From positions 1-47,537 of the forward strand of contig DASPKS010000180.1 in NCBI GenBank assembly GCA_035628035.1: a stretch of DNA of 47,537 nt, given 5' to 3'. Below, piece by piece: positions 17,552 to 25,868 of this stretch. Position 1 is the first letter of the stretch. Every line of letters begins with the position of its first letter. The notes under the pieces are model-generated. The model was not told the origin of the DNA, searched no databases, and worked only from the letters and a program-made list of their open reading frames with translations. Both the position numbers and the translations under genes were made by a program. The stretch is from Rubricoccaceae bacterium (GTDB lineage Bacteria; Bacteroidota; Rhodothermia; Rhodothermales; Rubricoccaceae).

Positions 17552-18979
17552 GTGGCCGAGCTCCCCCCCGACGACCGCCTTACCGTGCCGGACGCCTCCG
17601 ACGGGGCGCCCGCCCGCGCGCTCCCGCCCGAGGTGGACGAGGAGCTCGTCGAGAACGTCGAGGCGCTCGTCGGGCAGGGGCAGCAGGGGATGGTGCTCAA
17701 CCTGATCGCCGACCTCCACCCGGCCGACCTCGGCGAGCTCGTCAGCCACCTCTCCGTCGAGGCGGGGCAGGCGCTCCTCCGCTGGCTCCCCGACGAGCAG
17801 GCCGGCGCCGTCCTCCCCGAGCTGGAGAGCGCCCTCCGGTCGGACCTCCTGGAGGCCGTCGAGCCGCACCAGCTGGTCGCCCTCCTCGACCAGATGGACA
17901 CCGACGACGCCGCCGACGTCCTCGCCGACGTGGACGACGCCGTGGCCGAGGCCGTCCTCCCGCACCTGGAGGACAGCGCGGAGGTCGGCGCCCTCATGGG
18001 CTACGCCGAGGACACCGCCGGGGGGCTCATGGAGACCGACCTCGTGGCGGTGCCCGAGACGGCCACCGTCGCCGAGGCCACCGAGGAGGTCCGCCGCAAG
18101 GCCGAGGACATCGACCCCCACTTCGTCTACACCGTAGACACGGCGGGGCGGCTGACGGGGATCGTCCCGCTCCGGCGGCTCCTCCTCGCCCCCGCCTCCG
18201 CGCCGCTGGCCGACCTCGCGCTGACAGACTACGTCTTCGTCGAGCCCGACCTCGACCAGGAGGAGGTGGCCCGCCTCATGGAGCGGTATGACCTCGTCGC
18301 CCTCCCCGTCGTCTCCGCCGACGGGCGCCTCCTCGGCCGCATCACCATCGACGACGTGGTGGACGTGATCCGCGAGGAGGCCGAGGAGGACATCCAGCGC
18401 GCGGCCGGCCTCGTCGGCGAGGAGGAGCTGTCGTCGTCGGTGTTCGAAGTGAGCCGGGGGCGGCTGCCGTGGCTCGCCATCGGGATGGCCGGCGCGTTCT
18501 TCTCGGGGCTCGTCATCAAGACGTTCGAGGGGGAGCTGGAGCAGGCCATCGTGCTCGCCTCGTTCATCCCGCTCGTCACGGCCACGGGCGGCAACGCTGC
18601 CATCCAGAGCGCGGCCATCGTCGTGCAGGGGCTCACCTCCGGCGAGCTGTGGGTGGGCGAGGGGCTGCGCCGCATCGGGAAGGAGCTCGCGGTGGCCCTC
18701 CTCAACGGGGTCGTCCTCGGCGTCCTCCTCGGCGTGCTCGTGGTCGTCCTCGCCCGGACGGGCGTCCCGATGGGCGACCCCCTCCGCCTCGCGCTCACCG
18801 TCGGCCTGACGCTCCTCTGCGTGGTCCTCCTCGCCACGACGAACGGCGCACTCGTCCCCTTCCTCCTCAAGCGGATGGGGATCGACCCCGCCACCTCGAT
18901 GGGGCCGTTCGTGACGACGCTCAACGACATCCTCGGCCTCACGGTGTACTTCCTCATCGCCTCGGCCGTGTACCTCTGA
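17552..18979 (+). CDS. mgtE: magnesium transporter MgtE
   Basis: GTG 17552, in frame with the long track ORF 16583..18979 whose upstream part overlaps rsmA. It has an acidic MgtE_N domain, two CBS-like segments, and a TM domain with FIPLVTATGGNAAIQSAAIVVQG and PFVTTLNDILG. Confidence 0.93.
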   Translation: MAELPPDDRLTVPDASDGAPARALPPEVDEELVENVEALVGQGQQGMVLNLIADLHPADLGELVSHLSVEAGQALLRWLPDEQAGAVLPELESALRSDLLEAVEPHQLVALLDQMDTDDAADVLADVDDAVAEAVLPHLEDSAEVGALMGYAEDTAGGLMETDLVAVPETATVAEATEEVRRKAEDIDPHFVYTVDTAGRLTGIVPLRRLLLAPASAPLADLALTDYVFVEPDLDQEEVARLMERYDLVALPVVSADGRLLGRITIDDVVDVIREEAEEDIQRAAGLVGEEELSSSVFEVSRGRLPWLAIGMAGAFFSGLVIKTFEGELEQAIVLASFIPLVTATGGNAAIQSAAIVVQGLTSGELWVGEGLRRIGKELAVALLNGVVLGVLLGVLVVVLARTGVPMGDPLRLALTVGLTLLCVVLLATTNGALVPFLLKRMGIDPATSMGPFVTTLNDILGLTVYFLIASAVYL

Positions 18980-18986
18980 CCCCGGC

Positions 18987-19559
18987 ATGTCCACCCTCAC
19001 CGTAGCCCGGAAGGGGCGCCACGCCGCGATGGCGGCCGACTCGCTGACGACGTTCGAGGAGACCCGGCTCCCGGCGGCCTACGACGCCCACCCCGAGAAG
19101 GTCTTCCGGGTCGGCGACGCGCTCGTGGGGGTGGTCGGCTACACCGCCCACGTGCTCGTGATCGAGAGCGCGCTCGCCTCGCTCGACCGCCCGCCCGACC
19201 TCACGAGCCGCCGCGCCATCTTCGAGCTCCTCCGCGACCTCCACCCCATCCTGAAGGAGGAGTACTACCTCAAGCCCGACGCCGAGGAGGGCGACCCCTA
19301 CGAGTCGAGCCAGGTGACGCTCCTCGTCGCGAGTCCGCACGGGCTGTTCGGGGTGTACGACCTCCGGGAGGTCCACGAGTACAGCCGGTTCTGGGCGATG
19401 GGCTCGGGGGCCGACTTCGCCCTCGGCGCCATGTTCGCCGTCTACGACTCCGACGCGCCGGCCGCCGAGGTGGCCGCTACCGGCGCGCGGGCGGGGGCGG
19501 AGTTCGACCGCGGCTCGGGGCCGCCCGTGCGCGTCTACGAGATCGAACTGGCCGGCTGA
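18987..19559 (+). CDS. HslV/proteasome-beta-like Ntn hydrolase family protein
   Basis: By eye it aligns to HslV at several points. The N-terminus MSTLTVARKGRHAAMAADSLTT matches (M)[27 protein letters not shown] matches the Lys33 region. WAMGSGADFALGAM matches AIGSGGPYAQAAA. Its length of 190 aa is also similar. Confidence 0.6.
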   Translation: MSTLTVARKGRHAAMAADSLTTFEETRLPAAYDAHPEKVFRVGDALVGVVGYTAHVLVIESALASLDRPPDLTSRRAIFELLRDLHPILKEEYYLKPDAEEGDPYESSQVTLLVASPHGLFGVYDLREVHEYSRFWAMGSGADFALGAMFAVYDSDAPAAEVAATGARAGAEFDRGSGPPVRVYEIELAG

Positions 19560-20005
19560 CCGAGCCGCGCGGCGACGTCGGCGAGGAGCGCGCGGACGCG
19601 GCGCTGGTTCACGCCGAAGTCGCTTTGCCCGATCTGGTTGCGCACGGCGCTCCGCACGTGGAGCGCGCTGCCGGTCAGCGACGGCTCGACGAGGAGGTCG
19701 AGGTCGTCGCGGAAGAGGCCGACCTGAAACAGGGCCCGGAGCGTGAGGCCGTCCACCTCCACCTCGACCGCCGACCCCGTGAGGAGCGACCGGTGCGTGC
19801 GCACGGCCGCTTCGGCAGCGGCGAAGACGGCCTCGGGCGGGTCGGCGAAGTCGCGGCGGACGCGGGTACAGACGGACCGCCCGCGCGGGCACGGCGGGAG
19901 CGGACCGAGGTAGCCAACCGGGCTCCGCGAGCCGAGCACGCGGGACCCCGCGTATCCCGCGACGCTCAGCGCCGCCAGCCCCAGGAGCGCCGGGCGAAGC
20001 CTCAC
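19535..20005 (-). CDS. DUF1499 domain-containing protein
   Basis: GTG 20005 overlaps the ccmE stop (GTGA). It has a signal/anchor (RLRPALLGLAALSVAGYAG), LPPCPRGRSVC, and a C-terminal GQSDFGVNQRRVRALL resembling DUF1499 motifs. Confidence 0.65.
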   Translation of the reverse strand: MRLRPALLGLAALSVAGYAGSRVLGSRSPVGYLGPLPPCPRGRSVCTRVRRDFADPPEAVFAAAEAAVRTHRSLLTGSAVEVEVDGLTLRALFQVGLFRDDLDLLVEPSLTGSALHVRSAVRNQIGQSDFGVNQRRVRALLADVAARLGQPASSIS

Positions 20006-20421
20006 CCGGACGTCGCGGGGTTCGACGCCGGTGTGGTGGGTGTCCCTTCGAGCCCACGCGCGTCGTTGTACTTCGACGGGCACTTCACGAGGATGTGCTC
20101 GGCCACGAACACGTCGCCCTCCATCTGGCCGTCCACGACGACGCGCTCGGCGTCCTCGAAGTTGGCGGGCTTGGGGTTGGCGTAGACCACCTGCCGCACG
20201 ACGCCCATCTCGTCGCGCATGTAGAACGAGAAGCGGTTGGTGGAGGGGTCGTAGGCCATCGGCTGCGCGCGCTCCCACGTGCCCACGACGTGGGCGCGGC
20301 GGGCGTTCTGGCTCGCCTCGCCGAAGTTCTCGTACCCGGCCACCTGCTGGCCGAAGCTGTTGACGACGAGGAAGCCGAAGACAGCGAGGAGCGCGATCCC
20401 GATGATCGTCTTGAGGTTCAT
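20002..20421 (-). CDS. ccmE: cytochrome c maturation heme chaperone CcmE (CxxxY variant)
   Basis: N-terminal TM anchor and OB-fold body (..VVGTWERAQPMAYDP..FYMRDEMGVVRQVVY..VVVDGQM). The heme-binding position reads ILVKCPSKY. Confidence 0.88.
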   Translation of the reverse strand: MNLKTIIGIALLAVFGFLVVNSFGQQVAGYENFGEASQNARRAHVVGTWERAQPMAYDPSTNRFSFYMRDEMGVVRQVVYANPKPANFEDAERVVVDGQMEGDVFVAEHILVKCPSKYNDARGLEGTPTTPASNPATSG

Positions 20422-20462
20422 GGGGGGCGTTCAGGGCGTGGTGGTAAGCCGGTGTACCCCGC

Positions 20463-20693
20463 TCAGGCGTCCGGCGTTTCCGCGCGGAGGGTCCGCTCGA
20501 CGCGGGCGAGGCGGCGCTCGGTGCGGAAGAGCAAGAAAAGCAGCCCGAACCACACGATGAGGACGACGGCGAGGACGACGTAGAGCTTGTCCTCGGCGAG
20601 CATCACGCGCTCGATGCCCTGCGGCGGCTGCGCGGTCTCGGCCTGCGCCGCGGCGGGGTCGAGGAGGGCGATGGTGGTGTCGGGCTGGGGCAT
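20463..20693 (-). CDS. ccmD: CcmD-like small membrane protein (alternative form)
   Basis: 76 aa with a single TM (KLYVVLAVVLIVWFGLLFLLF) followed by a basic/coiled tail (RTERRLARVERTL). It sits between ccmC and ccmE. Confidence 0.65.
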   Translation of the reverse strand: MPQPDTTIALLDPAAAQAETAQPPQGIERVMLAEDKLYVVLAVVLIVWFGLLFLLFRTERRLARVERTLRAETPDA

Positions 20694-20696
20694 CGG

Positions 20697-21434
20697 TCAG
20701 GCGAGGTCGGGGCGGGCGTCCTCGGCGCGGAGCTCGGCCGTGCGCATCCGCACGCGGAGCCGGTAGAGCCACCCGTAGAGGCCGAGGAAGCCGACGGCGG
20801 CGGCGTAGAAGACCCACCGCATCTCTGGGGCGAGGTCGGTCTGGCTGAAGGCGGGGTTCCCCTCGGCGCCTGGGTGGAGGCTCTCCATCCGGCGTGGCAG
20901 CACGTAGAGGAGGAACGGCATCGTGACGGTGGCGAAGAGGGCGTAGACGGCAGCGAGGCGGCCGCGCCGGCGCGGCTCGTCGACGGCCCCGCGGAGGACG
21001 AAGTACGCCCCGCAGAGGAGGAGTTGCACGGCCACCATCACCTGGCGGGGGTCCCCGCTCCACCACACCTCCGTCCCGGAGTACCACGTGAACCGCGCCC
21101 ACACGATCCCCGTCGTGATGGCGACGAACCCGTAGACCGTCGCCACGAGGGCGGCCTGCTCGGCGCGGACGTCGTGGAGGCGGCGGCCCGTGGTGAGGTG
21201 GCGGAGCGAGTGGTAGGCGGCGAGGAGCCACCCGAGCATCAGCCCGAACCACATCGGCACGTGGAAGTAGAGGTTGCGCGCCGTGTGCTCCAGGATGGCG
21301 AGGCTCGGGATCGGCCGCAGAAACGCGAACGCGAGCACGGCCGTCATCCACACCGCTACGCCGACCGTGTAGAGCCGGTACAGCGGCCCCGTCGTCGGCA
21401 GAGGCAGCGCGTCGCGGTCGGTGAGGGCGGGCAT
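20697..21434 (-). CDS. ccmC: heme exporter protein CcmC
   Basis: Trimmed to ATG 21434. It has the conserved NLYFHVPMW His, a Trp-rich loop (WARFTWYSGTEVWWSGDPRQ) and a second His (SLHPG). The upstream extension to 21572 has poor codon character and contains a TTGACA box. Confidence 0.88.
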   Translation of the reverse strand: MPALTDRDALPLPTTGPLYRLYTVGVAVWMTAVLAFAFLRPIPSLAILEHTARNLYFHVPMWFGLMLGWLLAAYHSLRHLTTGRRLHDVRAEQAALVATVYGFVAITTGIVWARFTWYSGTEVWWSGDPRQVMVAVQLLLCGAYFVLRGAVDEPRRRGRLAAVYALFATVTMPFLLYVLPRRMESLHPGAEGNPAFSQTDLAPEMRWVFYAAAVGFLGLYGWLYRLRVRMRTAELRAEDARPDLA

Positions 21435-21568
21435 CGCGGGGGGTTCGTGGGCCGTGTCAACCGGGAAGATGGGCGCAAGATTCGGGCCGCGCAAAGGGGG
21501 GCCGTGAAGCGCCTGCGGAAACGCCTCACCCGGGCGGCGGCCCGCCACGCCCTGCGCAGGCGGTGCGC

Positions 21569-22240
21569 TCAATCGCGCCAGACGTACTCGAACAGGAGGG
21601 CGGAGGCCGTGATGGTGAGGCCGGCGAAGCCGACGAGGGAGAGGAGGTCCTGCGTGCCGTCGGCCCAGGTGGTACCGGGTGTGAGGGCGAGGAGCGTGAG
21701 GCGGACCGCCGAGAACAGTAGGGGGACGAGCACGGGGAAGGCGAGCACGGCCAGGAGCGGGCTGCCCCCGGCCGTCCGGGCGAGGAGCGCCGAAAGCAGC
21801 GTCGTCGTCCCGGCCAGACCGACGGCGCCGAGGGCGAGTGTTGCCAAGAGAAGCCCCGGCAAGGCCACCGACGTCCCGATCAAAACGAAAAACCCCCCCG
21901 CCGCCACGAGGTTGACCACGAGGGTGAGTGCCACATTGAACGCGAGCTTGCCGGCATAGACGGCCGACGGGGGCAAGGCGAGTTGGAGCAGCAGCACGGT
22001 CCCCCGCTCCTCCTCGGCCACGAACGCACGCCCGAGCCCGAGGGCGGCGGCGAATAGGATGACCACCCAGAGCAGCGCCGCCGCCGTCTCCGGCGCCACC
22101 TCCGCGCGGCCGAGGGCGAGACGGAGGAGCACGAGCGAGGCCGCCACGAACAGCCCCAACGCGCCGAGCGCGTAGCGCGTGCGCAGCTCCACACGGGCGT
22201 CTTTCAGGAATAGCGCCCAGGCACCGGCGAGGAAGTCCAA
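21569..22240 (-). CDS. ccmB: heme exporter protein CcmB
   Basis: TTG start at 22240. It is a six-TM protein with an N-terminal FLKDARVELRTRYAL motif and ..FAEEEERGTVLLLQLA.., both typical of CcmB. Confidence 0.88.
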   Translation of the reverse strand: MDFLAGAWALFLKDARVELRTRYALGALGLFVAASLVLLRLALGRAEVAPETAAALLWVVILFAAALGLGRAFVAEEERGTVLLLQLALPPSAVYAGKLAFNVALTLVVNLVAAGGFFVLIGTSVALPGLLLATLALGAVGLAGTTTLLSALLARTAGGSPLLAVLAFPVLVPLLFSAVRLTLLALTPGTTWADGTQDLLSLVGFAGLTITASALLFEYVWRD

Positions 22241-22252
22241 GGACTAGGTGAG

Positions 22253-23230
22253 GTGAGAAAGGTGGGCAATGGTAATCTCGCGCGGCCCATCCACGCCCCT
22301 GCTGTGCCCCCCGCCCTCTCAGAAGACCGCGTACTCGGTGCCTTCCTCGGGGCGGCCGTCGGGGACGCCCTCGGGATGCCCGTCGATGGGCTCAGCCACC
22401 AGAACGTCCGCCTCTTCTACCGCGGGATCAAGGGGTACACCGCCGACGAGAAGCGGGGCGACCTTGGCGCCGGGCAGTGGACCGCTCATACCCAGCGTGC
22501 CTTCGCCCTCACGCGGGCGATTACCTCCGCGTGGGACGGCCCGGAAGCGGTAGCCTCGGCATTCGCGCGAGAGCTGGAGCAGGGGGGACCGCTTCGGCGG
22601 CCTTATCGCGCGGGCGCCGCTCCCACGGTTGCCGCAGCCGCCGCCGGAGCCCCCCTCGGGCTCTGGCGCGCTCTCCGGGCGGACTGGTACTCGGCGGGCG
22701 AGGACGAGCTCATCGAGTTCGCCCTCACAGCTTTGAGGCCACTCACCACCAACGCGGAGGCGATAACCGCGGCTGTCGGGGCTGCGTTCGGGGTCGCTTT
22801 GCTGCTTCGATCCGCGCAGATAGGGCCACCTAGGTCGTTCGTTGACTCAATCACGGCGGTGACCGGGTCGGTCGAGCTTTACCTAGGCTCACCCCCCCGC
22901 GTGGGGCGCCGCCTCCAGTTGCTTAAGCCACACCTCGACGACTTCCCGCTCGACCTCCAGGACCGTTGCAACGGAACCGGCGACGCGGCCGACGAGGCGT
23001 TCCCCTTCGCCGTCGCCATGTTCGCGCGGAACCCCACGCTCGTCGAGGCCACCCTCCTCTCGGCCATCAACGTGGGCGGGGCCGCGAGCGCCGTCGGCGC
23101 GATGACGGGGGCCTTGCTGGGGGCGCTGAACGGATGGCGTGCGTTCCCCGCCGCGTGGCGTGAGGGACTCGAAGGCGCGCCCCAGCTCGAAGCGGAGGCG
23201 CGGGCGCTCTACGAGGCCCTGCGCGCCTAG
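22253..23230 (+). CDS. ADP-ribosylglycohydrolase family protein, apparently degenerate at the metal sites
   Basis: The N-terminal motif GAFLGAAVGDALGMPVDG and overall length fit the ARH/DraG fold. The start is GTG 22253 or GTG 22262. Confidence 0.85.
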   Translation: MRKVGNGNLARPIHAPAVPPALSEDRVLGAFLGAAVGDALGMPVDGLSHQNVRLFYRGIKGYTADEKRGDLGAGQWTAHTQRAFALTRAITSAWDGPEAVASAFARELEQGGPLRRPYRAGAAPTVAAAAAGAPLGLWRALRADWYSAGEDELIEFALTALRPLTTNAEAITAAVGAAFGVALLLRSAQIGPPRSFVDSITAVTGSVELYLGSPPRVGRRLQLLKPHLDDFPLDLQDRCNGTGDAADEAFPFAVAMFARNPTLVEATLLSAINVGGAASAVGAMTGALLGALNGWRAFPAAWREGLEGAPQLEAEARALYEALRA

Positions 23231-23406
23231 CGTTTCGATTCTACCCCGTTCATTCCCCCTTGACGACGCGCTTCGGCGACGGACAGGCCGACTGAACGGC
23301 GAAACGGCTTCGGGAAGGGCCGCCTGGCCATGCGCTCCGGTTGGCACGGTTATGGAACAAGCTCCCGACGTCGCGCCTCCTCCGGGCCGACACATTGGGG
23401 AAGGGA

Positions 23407-23454
23407 CGCCGCGCCCCCTGAGCCGTTGAGCCGGGGGCGCGGCGCATTTTTTTT
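23407..23454 (+). terminator. rho-independent terminator
   Basis: Stem cgccgcgccccc (23407-23418) / gggggcgcggcg (23433-23444) is followed by tttttttt (23447-23454). It lies about 175 nt downstream of the ARH stop and abuts the murB stop. Confidence 0.7.
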
Positions 23455-24435
23455 CTAGACCGTGCCCCCGGGGTGCCCGCCCGGCGGCACGCCTCCTCGG
23501 TAGCCGTCGGCGTCCTCCCACCCTCTCGGCGGCACGCCCGGCAGGGCGCCGAAGTCGCCAACGAACCCGATCTCCGGCGAGAGCCGGTAGCCCGTCTCGC
23601 GCTCAACCGTCTCCTGCACGTAGGCGATGAGGTGGCGCACGTCGTGCGCGGTGGCGCCGCCCCGGTTCACGATGATGTTGGCGTGACGGGGCGACACCTC
23701 CGCCCCCCCGATCCGCGCGCCCTTCAGCCCGCACCCGTCGATGAGCCGGCCCGCGCCGATGCCCTCGATCTTCTTGAAGATGCTCCCGGCGCTCGGCTCC
23801 GTGTCGAGCGGCGGGTGGCGCTCGCGGCGCCATGCGAGGTTCGCCTCCATCACCGAGCGGAGCGCCGCCTCGTCGGCCTTCTCCAGCTTAAACGTGGCCG
23901 AGAGCGCAAGGTCGCCGCTCACGTGGAGCGAGGAGTAGTCGTACCCGAAGTCGAGGTAGTCCACGCCGACGGTCTTCCGCTCGCCCTCGGGCGTGAGGAG
24001 CTCTGCCGCCGTCAGCACCTCCTCAATGAACATCGTCCGCGAGCGGTCCGGCGAGAGGAAGTGGAGGTTCTGCCAGAGCGCGCCGCCGACGGTGCTGGGG
24101 ATGCCCACGTAGTGCTCCAGCCCGGAGAGCCCCGCCGCCACGGCCGCCTCGATGAGGTCGGGGTAAACGACGGCTCCGCTCTCGGCCCACACCCGCCCGC
24201 TCTCCGCGTCCACGGTCAGGTGCGCGGCGCGGTTGCGGACGACGAGGCCCCGGAAGCCGCCGTCGCCGGTGAGGATGTTCGCGCCGAGGCCGAGGACGAA
24301 GTACGGCACCCCGTGCTCCCGCGCGGCGCGAACGGCCGCTACGAGCTCGTCGGCCGAGCGCACCTCGACGAAGCGGTCGGCCGGCCCGCCGATCCGGAAC
24401 GTGGTGTAGGGCGCAAGCGGCACGGTTTCGCGCAT
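23455..24435 (-). CDS. murB: UDP-N-acetylenolpyruvoylglucosamine reductase
   Basis: APYTTFRIGGPA, GLGANIL, PSTVGGALWQN and SAGSIFK motifs are present. Confidence 0.95.
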   Translation of the reverse strand: MRETVPLAPYTTFRIGGPADRFVEVRSADELVAAVRAAREHGVPYFVLGLGANILTGDGGFRGLVVRNRAAHLTVDAESGRVWAESGAVVYPDLIEAAVAAGLSGLEHYVGIPSTVGGALWQNLHFLSPDRSRTMFIEEVLTAAELLTPEGERKTVGVDYLDFGYDYSSLHVSGDLALSATFKLEKADEAALRSVMEANLAWRRERHPPLDTEPSAGSIFKKIEGIGAGRLIDGCGLKGARIGGAEVSPRHANIIVNRGGATAHDVRHLIAYVQETVERETGYRLSPEIGFVGDFGALPGVPPRGWEDADGYRGGVPPGGHPGGTV

Positions 24436-24672
24436 GCGGCCCGGCCCGAGGGCACGCTCCAGCGCTTCCGCAAGGCGGGCGTAGCGGGCCGCGCGCTCGG
24501 CGGCAGGCAGGGGCGGAGCGGGGGCGAGGATGGCCGTCGGGGTTGAACGAGAAGGGAACGCGGGCGATACTTCTGGCGGCGGAGTTTACCCATGCCCTCC
24601 CGGCGCCGCTGAAACCGCATCCCGCCCTCCGGCAATCCGTACGCCCCCCGTCCTCACCCACCCCGCACCCGC

Positions 24673-25521
24673 ATGGCCGACCCCCTCGCCAACCTCCGCA
24701 CCAAGACCGCCGCCGCCCGCCCCCGGGGCCGCGCCGCCGCCTTTCTGGTCCTCTTCGTGCTCATCGTGATGATGGGCGCGTGCATGACGACGAGCGTCGG
24801 CTCGGGCGAGCGCGGCGTGAAGTATTCCAGCTTCACAGGCACGAATGAGCGCCGTGTCTACGGCGAGGGGCTCCAGTTCACGTGGCCCTGGGAGCACCTC
24901 GTGATCTACGACGTCCGCTACCACTCGCAGGACGAGGCGCTGGAGGTTCTCTCCTCCAACGGCCTCACGATCACGATGGACGTGAGCGTGCGCTACCGCC
25001 CGATCCCGGAGCGCCTGCCCCGCCTCCACACCACGCTCGGGCGCGACTACTACGAGCGACTCATCCGGCCCGAGCTGCGGAGCGCCGCGCGCGAGGTCGT
25101 GGGCCACTACACGCCCGAGCAGCTCTACTCCACGCGGCGGGCCGAGCTGCAGGACCTCATCGCGCAGCGCGTCGCGCGCGTGGCTGAGCAGCGGCACGTG
25201 GACATCGAGGCCGTGCTCATCCGCGACGTGGTGCTGCCCGACCAGATCCGCGCGGCCATCGAGACGAAGCTGCAAGAAGAACAGCGCGTGCAGCAGCTCA
25301 CGTTCACCATCGAGCGGACGCGCCGGGAGGCCGAGCGGCAGCGGATCGAGGCGGAGGGCCGCGCCGCCGCCCAGCGCATCCTCGACGCGAGCCTCACGCC
25401 GCAGCTCCTCCGCTACGAGGGCATCCAGGCCACGCGCGCGCTGGCCGAGTCAGACAACGCGAAGGTCGTCGTGATCGGCTCCGGCACCGACGGGCTCCCG
25501 CTCATTCTCGGCAACCAGTGA
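24673..25521 (+). CDS. prohibitin/SPFH (band 7) family lipoprotein
   Basis: Lipobox MMGAC, an SPFH core (GERGVKYSSFTG..VLSSNGLTITMDVSVRYR) and a coiled-coil tail (REAERQRIEAEGRAAAQRI). Confidence 0.9.
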   Translation: MADPLANLRTKTAAARPRGRAAAFLVLFVLIVMMGACMTTSVGSGERGVKYSSFTGTNERRVYGEGLQFTWPWEHLVIYDVRYHSQDEALEVLSSNGLTITMDVSVRYRPIPERLPRLHTTLGRDYYERLIRPELRSAAREVVGHYTPEQLYSTRRAELQDLIAQRVARVAEQRHVDIEAVLIRDVVLPDQIRAAIETKLQEEQRVQQLTFTIERTRREAERQRIEAEGRAAAQRILDASLTPQLLRYEGIQATRALAESDNAKVVVIGSGTDGLPLILGNQ

Positions 25522-25868
25522 GCGAGGAAGCCGACCGGCAGGACTTCTTCTCCCGGGTGTGGGACGTCGTCGCGCGCATCCCGCCGGGGCGCGTGACGAC
25601 GTACGGCCACATCGCCGCCCACCTCGGCGCGAAGAGCGCGGCGCGGACGGTCGGCTACGCCCTCAACGCCGTCGCCCGCTCCGACGAGGGGCCGGCGGCG
25701 ATCCCCTGCCACCGCGTCGTCAACCGAATGGGCGCGCTCTCGGGGCGGATGCACTTCGAGACGCCGTTCGTGATGGAGGAGCGCCTCCGCGCCGAGGGCG
25801 TCGCGTTTACCGCCGACGGCCGCGTGGACCTCGACCAGCACCTCTGGGTACCCGGCGTGGAGGACTAA
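25518..25868 (+). CDS. MGMT family protein (methylated-DNA-protein-cysteine methyltransferase DNA-binding domain)
   Basis: 116 aa with the IPCHRVV active-site motif. GTG start overlaps the upstream stop (GTGA). Confidence 0.88.
   Translation: MSEEADRQDFFSRVWDVVARIPPGRVTTYGHIAAHLGAKSAARTVGYALNAVARSDEGPAAIPCHRVVNRMGALSGRMHFETPFVMEERLRAEGVAFTADGRVDLDQHLWVPGVED

Noticed and set aside
21435-21572. A longer ccmC starting at TTG 21572, which would overlap the ccmB stop (TTGA).
   Set aside because: The extension (SAPPAQGVAGRRPGEAFPQALHGPPLRGPNLAPIFPVDTAHEPPA) is Pro/Gly-rich. It uses atypical low-GC3 codons and contains a TTGACA promoter-like box. ATG 21434 gives a normal-length CcmC.
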